A stretch of DNA of 64,000 bases from Candidatus Latescibacterota bacterium (GTDB taxonomy: Bacteria; Latescibacterota; UBA2968): assembly GCA_965204375.1 (NCBI GenBank), contig OZ241986.1:5312001-5376000 (forward strand), written 5' to 3'. The notes beneath the pieces are model-generated. The model was not told the origin of the DNA. It saw only the letters and a program-made list of their open reading frames with translations, and ran no database searches. Shown here piece by piece: positions 48,828 to 59,533 of this stretch; positions within the stretch are counted from its first letter, which is position 1, and every line of letters begins with the position of its first letter. The translations under genes were made by a program, and so were the position numbers.

Positions 48828-49765
48828 TTGAAAAAGCCACTCTTCAAGTCCCACGTCGTCGCTGGGGCAAGACCGAACTTTCTATTCCCGTTATTCCCTT
48901 TGGTACGCAGGGGTTTGGCAACAATTTTGGTACTGTTACCGATGACGAGGCCGCAGACCTGATTCGGTTTGCGGTGGATATTGGGGTCAATCACTTCGAT
49001 TGTGCGCGGTGTTATGGGGATTCACTGCGAAAACTCGGTCTTGCGATTAAGCAGGGCGTTGTCGAGCGCGATGAGATTATTATTAGTGGGCGCGTTTGTT
49101 GCCACAGTGCTGCGAAGTGGGGTGTATATGGAGATGGAGATCCCGATTATTCAACTGAGCGTGCGCTTGCCGATATAGAGGATCAGCTCGAGATTTTGGG
49201 GATTGATCACTTCGATGTGCTCTTTATTCACGATCCGTGGAGTATCGAGGCTACGCTGGTTTCGGGGGGTACGCTCGAGGGATTGGAAAAGGCGCGGGAA
49301 CGGGGGTGGGTCAATTTTATTGGATATGGGATGCGGCCCCACGATTTTCATCTGGCGCAGATCGAATCCGGACGCACGGACTGTTTCCTGTGTTTTAGCG
49401 ATCACAATCTTTTGCGAGAGACCATTAGCGAAAATATTTTGCCCGCTGCGGCGGAGCGCGATCTGGGCGTGATGAATGGCTGGTCGATTATGCGCGGTTA
49501 TCTCACGGGCGCGCCTGTGGAAAATTTTGTGCCCCGCGACCGCTGGCGAGAAGATCACGAGCGCGCCGAGAATATGCGTCTGTGGTGCGAAGATCGCGGG
49601 TATAACTTGCTCGAGCTGACTTTGCAATTCTGTATTCGCGAAACCCGCATTCACGGCAATCCGATCGGTAGTCTGAACAAGGAGCAACTCGAGGCCAATG
49701 TGCGCGCGGCGTGTGCAACGGTTTCCGATGAGGTGTTCGAAGAGTTTTTCGCTGCGGAACTTTAG
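48824..49765 (+). CDS. Aldo/keto reductase
   Basis: GKTEL, NHFDCA..YG, IHDP. Confidence 0.85.
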   Translation: MIEKATLQVPRRRWGKTELSIPVIPFGTQGFGNNFGTVTDDEAADLIRFAVDIGVNHFDCARCYGDSLRKLGLAIKQGVVERDEIIISGRVCCHSAAKWGVYGDGDPDYSTERALADIEDQLEILGIDHFDVLFIHDPWSIEATLVSGGTLEGLEKARERGWVNFIGYGMRPHDFHLAQIESGRTDCFLCFSDHNLLRETISENILPAAAERDLGVMNGWSIMRGYLTGAPVENFVPRDRWREDHERAENMRLWCEDRGYNLLELTLQFCIRETRIHGNPIGSLNKEQLEANVRAACATVSDEVFEEFFAAEL

Positions 49766-49774
49766 GAGTTTTTT

Positions 49775-50836
49775 ATGCAAATTCACACGTATCAACCCGC
49801 ACATCTCCACGCGCTTACGAGATGTTTGTTTGAAGCATCTGGTGCGACACCCGATATTGCAGATATTGTCGCGAAGATTCTGGTGAATGCCAATCTCGCC
49901 GGTCACGATTCTCACGGTGTTCTCCGCATCCCTTTGTATCTCACTAATATCTCCGAGGGGGGGATGAATCCGGCGGCTGAACCGACTACGGTGCGGGAAT
50001 CAGCCACTACACTGGTTCTGGATGGCAACCGGGGAGTGGGGCATCTTACGGCTTATCGCGCAGTCCACCAGGCGATGGAAAAAGCGCGAACTTCTGAAAT
50101 TTGTTCGGTTTCTTTCACGCGGGTTGCACATATTGGGCGGCTGGGAGAATATGTCGAGATTGCCGCGCGCGCGGGGTTTATCGGTATTTGCATGGTTGGT
50201 GGGGGTTCGCCCAATACGATGAAAGTTCTGCCTTTTGGAGGGAAGAAAGGGAGTCTGGGTACCAATCCCATTGCGGTGGGGGTTCCCACGGGCGACGATG
50301 CGCCTTTTGTAATCGATTTTGCCACTGCCATGGTCGCCGAGGGCAAACTCCAGGTTGCGCGAAGCAAGAATGCGTCGATTCCCGATACTTTTATTGTGGA
50401 TAAGAATAACAATCCGTCAACCAATCCCCTCGATTTTTACGATGGCGGATTTTTGCGTGCTTTTGGTGAGCACAAGGGCTACGCGCTTTCGCTGCTGGTC
50501 TGTTTGATGGGGCTGCTTTCGGGGGCTCAAAGGGAGGGCCGGCGTTCTGGGGGTGCGTTTATGCAGGTTATCGATATCAGTACATTTACAGACCTGGATA
50601 GTTATCAACAGGATATTCGCGCATTTTTAGATGCGATGAAGACGACCGAATCCGCCGATGGGATAGACGAGGTTCTGGTTCCCGGGGATTTTGAGTACCG
50701 CAATCGCAAGCATCGCCTCAAACACGGCATTGAAATACCCGATACGATTAACGAGCAAATTGGCGAATGGGCAGACCGCCTCAAAGTGCCTGTGGATGAT
50801 GGTATTGTGGAGGATGAGGATAGGGCGCATTATTGA
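49775..50836 (+). CDS. Ldh_2 family (malate/L-lactate/ureidoglycolate-type) oxidoreductase
   Basis: GHDSHG, HIGRLG, GTNPI, HKGYAL. Confidence 0.9.
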   Translation: MQIHTYQPAHLHALTRCLFEASGATPDIADIVAKILVNANLAGHDSHGVLRIPLYLTNISEGGMNPAAEPTTVRESATTLVLDGNRGVGHLTAYRAVHQAMEKARTSEICSVSFTRVAHIGRLGEYVEIAARAGFIGICMVGGGSPNTMKVLPFGGKKGSLGTNPIAVGVPTGDDAPFVIDFATAMVAEGKLQVARSKNASIPDTFIVDKNNNPSTNPLDFYDGGFLRAFGEHKGYALSLLVCLMGLLSGAQREGRRSGGAFMQVIDISTFTDLDSYQQDIRAFLDAMKTTESADGIDEVLVPGDFEYRNRKHRLKHGIEIPDTINEQIGEWADRLKVPVDDGIVEDEDRAHY

Positions 50837-50911
50837 TCGCGGATGAAACGGATTAAAGGATGACGCGGATTAAAGGCGAAGGGCTGGGGGCTGGGGGTTG
50901 GTCTTTGAAAT

Positions 50912-50951
50912 AAAAAAGGGGTGAAACCGATTGATGGTTTCACCCCTTTTT
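50912..50951. terminator. Bidirectional intrinsic terminator
   Basis: AAAAAAGGGGTGAAACC ... GGTTTCACCCCTTTTT. Confidence 0.85.
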
Positions 50952-50963
50952 GCGTTGCGACGC

Positions 50964-52142
50964 TCAATCCGCCGCGTCGCTGTGATCCATGGAGCAGAAT
51001 GCCTGATAGTCCATGAGTTCGGTGATGGTCGGATTGTCGCCGCATACAGGACAATTTTTGTCGCGGCGAATTTTGAATGTGTTGAAGTTCATTTGCAGGG
51101 CGTCGTACATCAGCAAGCGACCGATGAGTGGATCCCCTTGACCGAGTATGAGTTTGACAACTTCTGTGGCCTGCACGAGGCCAACTGTGCCGGGTAATAC
51201 GCCCAGCACGCCTGCTTCGTCTCACGACGGTGCCAGGTCCGCTGGCGGTGGCGCGGGGTAGAGGCAGCGGTAGCAAGGCCCCTCACCGTCGCACGTGTAC
51301 ACCGTGACCTGACCTTCAAAGCGGAAGATGCTGCCATCCACGATGGGTTTTTTTAAGAAGACACACGCATCGTTGACCAGGTAGCGCGTTGGAAAGTTGT
51401 CGCATCCGTTGACGATGATATCGTATTGGGGGAGGATGTCCATGATGTTGTCGGATGTGAGATAGTCGGTGTGTGGCACCACATCGCAACCGGGATTGAT
51501 TTCTTTGAGGGTCTCGTACGCCGAGATGGCTTTGAGACGACCCAGGTCAGATGTGCCGTGCAGTATCTGGCGTTGCAAGTTGGTGACATCGACGATGTCG
51601 GCATCGACGATCCCCAGTGTTCCAATGCCAGTCGCGGCGAGATAAAGTCCGGTTGGGCTGCCCAATCCGCCTGCGCCAATGAGGAGCACTTTGGCGTCGA
51701 GGAGTTTGCCCTGTCCGCGTTCTCCCACTTCGGGGATGAGGAGGTGACGGGAGTAGCGCTGTACTTCGGCTTTGTTGAGGGCGCGGTCCTGGTTGATGTC
51801 GAGACCGGCATTTTGCCAGGCGTCGATGTCGCCCTGTATATACGCGACGTCGGAATAGCCCATGTCTTGAAGGGCTTGTGCGGCCAATGCGCCCTGGCCC
51901 TGAGCACCATAGACTATGATTGCGCAGCTGCGGTCATTGTCCATGCTTTCTATGCGGAGTTCGAGAAAGCCGCGTGGCACGTTTTCTGCGCCGGGGATAT
52001 ATCCTTCGATATAATTTTCGCGCTCGCGCACGTCTATGAGCAGCGTGCCATTTGCGTGGATTTTCTCCTGTGCGCGTTCTGGAGAAAGTCCCGTGGTGCT
52101 GGCTTCTGCCCGTGCGACGAGCGTTTCATAAGTTGCACTCAT
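50964..52142 (-). CDS. moeB: Rhodanese-MoeB E1-like adenylyltransferase, probable selenoprotein (UGA at codon 307)
   Basis: RYSRH, GAGGLG, NLQRQ, PCYRC; APS-TGA-DEAGVLGVLPG continues in frame to CPVC and the stop at 50964. Confidence 0.85.
51187..51209 (-). promoter_or_regulatory. Putative bacterial SECIS hairpin
   Basis: 12 nt after the UGA: GUGCUGGG-CGUAUUA-CCCGGCAC, an 8-bp stem with GU at loop positions 2-3. Confidence 0.7.
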
Positions 52143-52226
52143 GGCATGCCTTTCGGGTTGGTGTTTGGGGTCATTTTTGACGGGATTTAATGTAAGGTAT
52201 TTTTTTTTATCCGCAAGCCCGAAAAG

Positions 52227-53036
52227 TTAGACAATTGTGATTTCGGGCAGGTCGCTTTCCCGTTCTGCCAATGCGTCGGTAATGCGCGTGGCGATTTCGG
52301 AAAATGCGAGGTTTTCACCTGTTGCGATGGGCGCACCCGTGTCGCCGCCTTCGCGAATATTGGGCTGGATGGGGATTTGTCCGAGCAGGGGCAGGCCAAA
52401 TGCATCGGCGATGTGTTGCCCCCCGCCTTCGCCAAAGAGGGGCGTGCGGTCTCCGCAACACGGGCACAGGAAATAGCTCATGTTTTCGACAATGCCGAGG
52501 ATGGGAACTTCGACTTTGCGAAACATTTCGATGCCGCGATGTACGTCTTCCAGAGCGACATTTTGCGGGGTGGTGACTATGACCGCACCGCTGAGTGGCA
52601 CGGTTTGGGCAAGGGTGAGTTGTGCGTCGCCCGTGCCGGGGGGGAGATCGACGACGAGGTAGTCGAGTGCGCCCCATATTACGTCAACCATGAATTGCTG
52701 TATCATTCTGCCCACGATGGGACCGCGCCATATTATGGGGGCATTTTCTCCGGCGATGAGGCCGAGAGACATGAATTTGACATTGTGATTTTCAAGGGGC
52801 AGTATTTTTTGGCCTATTGACCTGGGTTGCGCTGTGCTGCCCATCATGATCGGTACGTTGGGACCGTAAATATCCGCGTCGAGCAAGCCGACCGCTGCGC
52901 CCTGTTTGGCGAGTGAGACCGCGAGGTTTACGCTAACTGTTGTTTTGCCTACGCCGCCTTTGCAACTGGATACTGCGACGATGTTTTTGACTTCGGGTAA
53001 GATTTCGGGGCGTTGGGGTCGGTCTGGTGTTGGCAT
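52227..53036 (-). CDS. mrp: Mrp/NBP35 (ApbC) Fe-S carrier ATPase
   Basis: KGGVGKT, DADIYGP, DLPPGTGD, ENMS..CPCC. Confidence 0.92.
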   Translation of the reverse strand: MPTPDRPQRPEILPEVKNIVAVSSCKGGVGKTTVSVNLAVSLAKQGAAVGLLDADIYGPNVPIMMGSTAQPRSIGQKILPLENHNVKFMSLGLIAGENAPIIWRGPIVGRMIQQFMVDVIWGALDYLVVDLPPGTGDAQLTLAQTVPLSGAVIVTTPQNVALEDVHRGIEMFRKVEVPILGIVENMSYFLCPCCGDRTPLFGEGGGQHIADAFGLPLLGQIPIQPNIREGGDTGAPIATGENLAFSEIATRITDALAERESDLPEITIV

Positions 53037-53053
53037 GGTGGCTCCGGGGATAT

Positions 53054-54214
53054 TTAATAGTTCGGCGATATTTCGCGCAGGCGATTGACTTCTTGAATCA
53101 CGCGTTCTGCAACATAGTCAATTTCTGTTTCGGTGTTGAATCGGCCAATGCCAAAGCGTATGCTGCACTGCGCCATGTCATTGCTGACGCCAATGGCTTT
53201 GAGTACGTAGGATGGTTCGAGAGATGCGGATGTACACGCCGAGCCGGATGAGAGGGCCACGTCTCGCAAGCTCATGAGCAGGCTTTCGCCATCCACGCCG
53301 GCAAAGCTGATGTTGAGGTTGCCCGGCAGGCGTTGTTCGGGATGGCCGTTGAGTTGTATCTGGGGCAGCGCGTTGAAGAGGTGGTTTTGCAGGCGATGGC
53401 GCAAGTTCTCACTGTGTTTTGCTTCGGTTTCGATGTGTTTTTGTGCGAGCGCACAGGCTTCTCCCAGGCCCACAATGCCCGGTACATTGAGGGTGCCAGA
53501 GCGCATGCCTTTTTCATGGCCCCCGCCGTCTATTTGGCCGACGAGGCGAACGCGCGGACGGCTGCGCACATAGAGTGCGCCCGCGCCTTTGGGTCCGTAG
53601 AGTTTGTGGGCAGAGATGGAGAGGAGGTCGATGTGCATGGCTTCGACGTCGAGAGGGTACTTGCCTATGGCCTGTGCTGCATCTGTGTGGAAATAGATGT
53701 TTTTTCCCCGGCAAATCGCTCCGATTTCTTCAATGGCCTGGCAGGTGCCGATTTCGTTGTTGGCCGCCATGATAGAGACGAGTACGGTGCTGTCTGTGAT
53801 GGCGTTTGCAATATCTGATGGGTCGGTAATACCGTGTGAATCTACGGGTAAGATTGTGACTGAGACGCCGTCGCGTTCCAGGGCACGGCAAGAGTCGAGG
53901 ACGGCGTGGTGTTCGGTGGCTTGCGTGATGATGTGCGGAGTTTTGGCTGCGGCGACCACGCCTTTGATGGCGAGGTTGTCGGATTCTGTGGCGCCACTGG
54001 TAAAGACGATGTCTTTGGGCTGTGCGTTGATGAGGCTGGCTATTTGTTCCCGCGCCAGATCAACAGCATCTTCGGCATGCCACCCAAAGGTGTGTGTGCG
54101 ACTGGCGGCATTGCCAAATCGGTCTTTGAGATAGGGCAACATTGCGTTGAGCACCCGTTCATCTATGGGTGTGGTGGCGTTGTTGTCGAGATATATGGGC
54201 AGTTGGGTAGGCAT
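53054..54214 (-). CDS. iscS: Cysteine desulfurase
   Basis: [26 protein letters not shown]. Confidence 0.93.
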   Translation of the reverse strand: MPTQLPIYLDNNATTPIDERVLNAMLPYLKDRFGNAASRTHTFGWHAEDAVDLAREQIASLINAQPKDIVFTSGATESDNLAIKGVVAAAKTPHIITQATEHHAVLDSCRALERDGVSVTILPVDSHGITDPSDIANAITDSTVLVSIMAANNEIGTCQAIEEIGAICRGKNIYFHTDAAQAIGKYPLDVEAMHIDLLSISAHKLYGPKGAGALYVRSRPRVRLVGQIDGGGHEKGMRSGTLNVPGIVGLGEACALAQKHIETEAKHSENLRHRLQNHLFNALPQIQLNGHPEQRLPGNLNISFAGVDGESLLMSLRDVALSSGSACTSASLEPSYVLKAIGVSNDMAQCSIRFGIGRFNTETEIDYVAERVIQEVNRLREISPNY

Positions 54215-54346
54215 GAAGAAGTGTGAAGTGAGAAGTGTGAAACCGTAGGGGCGGTGCCCCTGTATAAAAGCACTACGGGGCAGGCTCCTGTGCCCGCCCG
54301 TTGGGTGGCTGGGCAGGGCTCGTCTATTCGTCTATTCGTCTATTCG
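54215..54346. repeat. Intergenic repeat cluster: 7-mer GAAGTGT array, GTAG REP, (GTCTATTC)x3
   Basis: 54215-54241, 54245-54300, 54321-54346. Confidence 0.75.
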
Positions 54347-54392
54347 TTGATTCGCGCTTTTTTGAATATACCCGATTTCGCATTGGCGTCAA

Positions 54393-55313
54393 TTACTCAA
54401 ATAGAGCCTGGACAAAGATTTCGGGATCAAAGTCGTCCAGGTCCTCAATGTCTTCTCCCAGGCCAATATAGCGCACGGGCAGGTCGAGTTCGTCGGCAAT
54501 GGCTATGATTACACCCCCTTTGGCTGTGCCGTCGAGTTTTGCGAGGACAAGGCCCGTGAGTTCGACTGTGCTGTGAAATTGTTTTGCCTGTATGACGGCG
54601 TTTTGTCCGGTGGTGGCATCGAGTACGAGCAGGGTTTCGTGGGGGGCACCGGGCATGGCTTTGGCGACGACGCGGCGGATTTTTTTGACTTCTTCCATGA
54701 GGTTGATTTTGGTGTGCAGGCGGCCCGCTGTGTCGATGAGTACGACGTCGATGTCGCGTGCTCTGGCTGCCTGAATGGCGTCGAATGCCACGGATGCTGC
54801 GTCTGCGCCCGGTTGGTGTTGCACGATGTCAGATCCCGTGCGGTTGGCCCAGATGCCGAGTTGGTCAATGGCTGCTGCCCGAAATGTGTCTCCCGCAGCA
54901 AAGAGTACTTTTTTGCCTTCGCGGCTGAGTTTGTGAGCCATTTTGCCAATGGTGGTGGTTTTGCCCACGCCGTTGACGCCTACGACGAGGATGATGTGGG
55001 GTTTGGTTGTGATTGCGATAGATGGCGCGGTATCTGAGGGCAGGAGGATTTTGCGAATTTCTTCTTCGAGAAATTCCTGGATTTCCGGGTTTTCAACGGG
55101 TTCGCCAGTTTCAAAGCGTTCGCGCAGTTGGTCAATTATGCGGAGGGTGGGTTCTACGCCAACGTCGGCTTCTATGAGAATTTCTTCTATTTCTTCAAGG
55201 GTTTCTTCGTCGATTTCAGGACGCCGCCGAATGACTTCTCGGATTTTTTGTACCATGCCTTCTCGGGTTTTGGTCAGTCCTGTTTTCAGTTTGTCGATTA
55301 ATTTTCCGAGCAT
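54393..55313 (-). CDS. ftsY: Signal recognition particle receptor
   Basis: [31 protein letters not shown]. Confidence 0.95.
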   Translation of the reverse strand: MLGKLIDKLKTGLTKTREGMVQKIREVIRRRPEIDEETLEEIEEILIEADVGVEPTLRIIDQLRERFETGEPVENPEIQEFLEEEIRKILLPSDTAPSIAITTKPHIILVVGVNGVGKTTTIGKMAHKLSREGKKVLFAAGDTFRAAAIDQLGIWANRTGSDIVQHQPGADAASVAFDAIQAARARDIDVVLIDTAGRLHTKINLMEEVKKIRRVVAKAMPGAPHETLLVLDATTGQNAVIQAKQFHSTVELTGLVLAKLDGTAKGGVIIAIADELDLPVRYIGLGEDIEDLDDFDPEIFVQALFE

Positions 55314-55520
55314 GAAAATTCCTTAATGTTTGCGAAAAGATGTAGGGGACGTTACAACAGGGCAGAAGATACACAAAACGGATTTTTTTGCCAAAAAAAG
55401 ACTGTTTGTCAGGAAGATTTTGATTTGACACTAAAGAGGAATTTTCTTATATGTGAAATACAAGAGAAAGAAATAATGCGATGCAGTCGGATACGATTGC
55501 TTAAATAGGAGGGTCAAAGA

Positions 55521-56063
55521 ATGAAGATTCAATTGGCAATATTGGCAACGCTGGTGGTTGTGGCGACGGGATATGCAGAGGATGTTATGAAAGATAATGG
55601 TATTGTTGAGAGAGAGGTTATGGAGGCCCAAAAAATTTGGGGCGAAGCAATTGTCGCTATCGGTGAAGCATATACGCAAAAAAAGGACTATAAGGCACTG
55701 GCCGAAAAGGTCGTCAATACGTTATATGGTTATGATGAAGGCGTGGTTCTATTTAAGCCTACGAAGGCGTCAGAAAAACAATTTCGATTAACAAAAGAAG
55801 AAGCGGTATCTTATTTTGTGACTGGTATTGTACCTGAAGATCGCGGTTTTGCTATCGAGCCTTGGAGCAAAGTCCGATTTGAGAACGCTGATATTATTAT
55901 TAACGGCGACTCGGCCATTGCAATGGGTAATTACTATTTTACAGATGCGAATACCGGAAAAGAAGCCAAAGTGGAGTTCTCGTTTGGCTATTTTAAGGAT
56001 GAGAATGGCAAGTTGCGTATCAATGTACATCATTCGTCATTTCCGTACAAACCGATGCCTTGA
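55521..56063 (+). CDS. Secreted COG4337-type (iota-class) carbonic anhydrase-like protein
   Basis: Signal peptide, LFKPTKA, SYFV, AMGNYYFT, C-terminal HHSS.PY. Confidence 0.75.
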   Translation: MKIQLAILATLVVVATGYAEDVMKDNGIVEREVMEAQKIWGEAIVAIGEAYTQKKDYKALAEKVVNTLYGYDEGVVLFKPTKASEKQFRLTKEEAVSYFVTGIVPEDRGFAIEPWSKVRFENADIIINGDSAIAMGNYYFTDANTGKEAKVEFSFGYFKDENGKLRINVHHSSFPYKPMP

Positions 56064-56114
56064 GTCTGCATGATGACAAAATCATCGGATGTGTGAAAGC
56101 GAATTTGTACGAAC

Positions 56115-56157
56115 AAAAAAGAACCCGCAATCGTTCGGTGGTTGCGGGTTCTTTTTT
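56115..56157. terminator. Bidirectional intrinsic terminator
   Basis: AAAAAAGAACCCGCAA ... TTGCGGGTTCTTTTTT. Confidence 0.85.
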
Positions 56158-56181
56158 GTGGTTAATGTCTATGATTCCATT

Positions 56182-56430
56182 TTACAGAAACTTCATGACA
56201 GCAGCAAAAACCAATAGGGCAACTATCGTTGTGGGAACATACCACTTTATCAAATCATCAATCCGGACATTGAGCCGCGCTTCGAGATTTTCTTGCCCTT
56301 GCTTCAGGTCCTTTAAGTCCTGTTTTACATCTGAAAGTTGTTCTTTGATAAATTCCAGGTTCGTCTCAAGGGCTATCATCCGTTGTTCCTGTTCATGAGT
56401 TGCGTCGTTATTTTTCGTCTCTGTGCTCAT
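56182..56430 (-). CDS. Small coiled-coil protein with a C-terminal TM helix, hypothetical
   Basis: AAGGAG RBS, heptad pattern, hydrophobic tail. Confidence 0.65.
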   Translation of the reverse strand: MSTETKNNDATHEQEQRMIALETNLEFIKEQLSDVKQDLKDLKQGQENLEARLNVRIDDLIKWYVPTTIVALLVFAAVMKFL

Positions 56431-56521
56431 AGCGATATCTCCTTTTAGATGAATAATTGCATAACAGAATATAAGACAAATTTAATTTTGGTAAATATTT
56501 TTTCTTTTTTTCGCGCTCTCA

Positions 56522-57946
56522 TCAACTGATCAGTGCGCGTGCGGCGCGTGCGGCCATGTCCCAGAAGGGACCGGGGAGGGTGCCCATTGCGATTACGAGG
56601 ATGATGGTCGCCATTGCGGTGACGGCGATGAGGGGTGTGGGTTTGATGGTGTTCTGTGTGGTGGGTTCTACCCAGTAGAGTTGGCGGATGATGAGGAGAT
56701 AATAATACAGGGCGACCGCGGCGTTGATGGCTGCGATGAGGACGAGATAGAATTGTCCGCGTTGGAGGGCAGCGGAGAAGAGGAACCATTTGCCGACAAA
56801 ACCCACTGTGGGGGGGAGGCCAATGAGGCCAAATAGGCCGATGAGTAAGGTGAAGGAGAGGAATGGCGCGCGTTTGTAAAGGCCAGATACGGAGTCGATG
56901 GTGATGCGGTCTTCGCTACGACCGACTTCACAGATGACGAGGAAGCACGCAAAGGACATGGCAAAGTAGCCAATGGCGTAAAAGAGGGCGGCGGTAAGAC
57001 CCCATTCGGCGAAGGTTTGAAGGGCGAGGAGTACGTAACCGGCGTGGGCAACTGTGGAATAACCGAGCAGGCGTTTGAGGTCTTTTTGCGCGAGTGCAGC
57101 CAGGTTGCCCAGGCTCATTGCGATGACGCTTGCCCACATGAGTGCGGTTTGGGCGTGGCCCGATTCCCAGCCACCGGGCATGGCGAGGGATAATAGGCGG
57201 CAGAGGATGCCGATGGCGGCGATTTTGGAAACGGTGGCGATGAATGTGATGATGGGATGGGGTGCGGTTTCATAGGTGTCGGGTGCCCAAAAGTGGAAGG
57301 GGAATGCGCCGAGTTTGAAGAAGAAGCCAGCGAGTGTGAGTAGCAGGCCCAGATAGAAGATGGGTTGCGCGGTGGCGTGTGGGATGCTGATGGCAGAGAA
57401 GTAGGTGGAGCCAAATGTGCCAAAGAGGAAGCTCATGCCGTAGAGCGAGATGGCCGAGGCTGCCATGCCCTGTACCATGTATTTGGTGGCACTTTCTCCG
57501 CCGATGTCCGCATTGCGGTGAAGGGCAACGACGATATAGACGGGGTAGGCGGCCAATTCCATAGCGACATAGAGGGTGAGGAGTTCGGTCGCGCTGACCA
57601 TCATCATCATGCCGAGTGTGGAGAAGATAAAGAAAAGAGGGACTTCGAGCCAACCATTGCGGTCAACCGTGAGGGGATTGGCACTGGCGATGACGACAAA
57701 TAGGAATCCAACTGCGAGTGCAGTTTTGATCAATTGGGAGAAGAAGTCAACCGCGTATATGCCCGGGAAGAAGGGTTCGCCTTCAAGGGGTAGAGTCCAG
57801 AGACAGGCGGCGACCATGGTTATGCCCGATGCTATGGCAATGCCCCGGGTTGTGCGATAGGACCAGTTGAGTACTGTGCAGAAGAAGAGCACGAGACCCA
57901 TGAGCAGGCAAATGAGTTCTGGCGCGAAGAGTATTGCGTTTTCCAT
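56522..57946 (-). CDS. nuoN: NADH-quinone oxidoreductase subunit N
   Basis: FKLGAFPFHFWAPD.Y, KRLLGYS; operon position. Confidence 0.92.
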   Translation of the reverse strand: MENAILFAPELICLLMGLVLFFCTVLNWSYRTTRGIAIASGITMVAACLWTLPLEGEPFFPGIYAVDFFSQLIKTALAVGFLFVVIASANPLTVDRNGWLEVPLFFIFSTLGMMMMVSATELLTLYVAMELAAYPVYIVVALHRNADIGGESATKYMVQGMAASAISLYGMSFLFGTFGSTYFSAISIPHATAQPIFYLGLLLTLAGFFFKLGAFPFHFWAPDTYETAPHPIITFIATVSKIAAIGILCRLLSLAMPGGWESGHAQTALMWASVIAMSLGNLAALAQKDLKRLLGYSTVAHAGYVLLALQTFAEWGLTAALFYAIGYFAMSFACFLVICEVGRSEDRITIDSVSGLYKRAPFLSFTLLIGLFGLIGLPPTVGFVGKWFLFSAALQRGQFYLVLIAAINAAVALYYYLLIIRQLYWVEPTTQNTIKPTPLIAVTAMATIILVIAMGTLPGPFWDMAARAARALIS

Positions 57947-57947
57947 G

Positions 57948-59423
57948 TTAGAAATTACCCAAAAAAGCTATTGTCGTGCTGTTGATCAGGTCGAGCATGA
58001 GACGGGGTACAAAGCCGAAGATTACGAGTACGGCGATTAGTATGGCGCGCGGTATCAGGTGCAGGCCAGACATGTCCTGTGCTTTCAGATTTTCCCATTT
58101 CGGATTTGGTGCACCAAAAAAGGCCAGGTTGAAGACGCGCAAGATGTAAACCGCGGTGAGTACGAGGCCGAGGATGACGATGACGCCGGCGATGGGGTAC
58201 GTCTTCAGGGCTGCGAGGAAGACGAGTAATTCGGCCCAAAAGCTCGCCAGACCGGGCAACCCGGCACCACACAGGCCAGCGACGATGAAGATGGAGACTG
58301 CGCGGGGCATCTGCTTGCCAAGACCGCCAAAGTCGCCAATGGTTTTGGAGTGGGATTTGTCGTAGATATATCCCGCGGTGCTGAAAAATAGGGCGGTCAT
58401 GATGCCGTGGGCAAACATCTGGAAGACTGCGCCGTTGAGGGCGTCGGTAGCAACGACCTGGCCGAGGATTGCGAGGTTGAGGCCGAGGAGGACGATGCCC
58501 ATATGAGATACAGATGAAAAGCCGATGACAAATTTGAAGTCGGTCTGTCGCATGGCGACATAAGCTCCGTAGATGATCCCTATGACGGCCAATACCACGA
58601 AGGTCGGTGCCCAGTATGCAGCGCCTTCGGGTAGCAGGCGAATGCCCACCGTGAGTATGCCATAAGCGCCGAGTTTCATCAGGACGCCCGCGTGTAGCAT
58701 GGATACCGCAGATGGCGCGGCAACGTGTCCCGTGGGCGACCAGCCGTGGAAGGGGAACAGGCCAGCTAAGACGCCAAAGCCAATGTAGATGAAGGGATAG
58801 ACAAATATTTGGAATTGGGGATCGAATGTGTGTGCGGACAGGGCAATGAGGTCAAAGGTGTTGAGGCCCGCGTGGTGATAGATGGCGAGGAGACCGGGAA
58901 AGAGGAGCGCGCTGCCGGCGAGGAGGAAGAGCATGAGTTTCATGCCGGCATAAGCTCTGTTGCCGCTGCCCCATATCAGGATGAGGGGGTACATGGGGAC
59001 GACGGCGATTTCGTAAAAGAAGAAGAAGAAGAAGAGGTCCAGCGACATGAAGACGCCGAAGACGCCGATGACGAGGAGTACCATGAAGGCGAAATATTCT
59101 TTTACGCGCTCTTCGAGGTGCCACATGGTGAGTACCCCGGTGAAATAGACGATGGCGTTGAGCATGACGAGGATGACGCCGAATGCGTCAACGCCGAGGT
59201 GATAGGAGATGCCAATGGCTGCGACCCAGGGGATCATTTCTTCAAATTGAATACCGCCGCTTGTGGGGTCATAACCCGTCCAGAGTTGCAGACTCAACAC
59301 ACAGGTCAATAAGCCGCTGAAGGCGCATATCAGCCGAATACTCCGCACGGCCTTTTGGGGCATGAGCAAAAGGATGATGAGGGTGATGACGGGCGTGAGA
59401 AGTATGGATGAGAGAAGTGGCAT
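57948..59423 (-). CDS. nuoM: NADH-quinone oxidoreductase subunit M
   Basis: FPFHGW, LMKLGAYG, SSVSHMG; start at MPLLSS because the upstream extension is repeat-derived. Confidence 0.92.
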   Translation of the reverse strand: MPLLSSILLTPVITLIILLLMPQKAVRSIRLICAFSGLLTCVLSLQLWTGYDPTSGGIQFEEMIPWVAAIGISYHLGVDAFGVILVMLNAIVYFTGVLTMWHLEERVKEYFAFMVLLVIGVFGVFMSLDLFFFFFFYEIAVVPMYPLILIWGSGNRAYAGMKLMLFLLAGSALLFPGLLAIYHHAGLNTFDLIALSAHTFDPQFQIFVYPFIYIGFGVLAGLFPFHGWSPTGHVAAPSAVSMLHAGVLMKLGAYGILTVGIRLLPEGAAYWAPTFVVLAVIGIIYGAYVAMRQTDFKFVIGFSSVSHMGIVLLGLNLAILGQVVATDALNGAVFQMFAHGIMTALFFSTAGYIYDKSHSKTIGDFGGLGKQMPRAVSIFIVAGLCGAGLPGLASFWAELLVFLAALKTYPIAGVIVILGLVLTAVYILRVFNLAFFGAPNPKWENLKAQDMSGLHLIPRAILIAVLVIFGFVPRLMLDLINSTTIAFLGNF

Positions 59424-59427
59424 AAAT

Positions 59428-59524
59428 GAAGTGTGAAGTAAGAAGTGTGAAGTAAAAAGTGTGAACAATCGTAGGGGCGAGGCATGCCTCGCCCGATGTG
59501 GTAGGGGCGAAAAATTTTTCGCCC
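59428..59524. repeat. 7-mer array plus two GTAG REPs between nuoL and nuoM
   Basis: GAAGTGT/GAAGTAA units at 59428-59466; REPs at 59471-59494 and 59501-59524. Confidence 0.85.
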
Positions 59525-59533
59525 AGCCGCCTC

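Noticed and set aside
50964-51209. Separate 81-aa gene or moeB pseudogene
   Set aside because: It is the in-frame C-terminus of MoeB after a UGA at the conserved Cys position.
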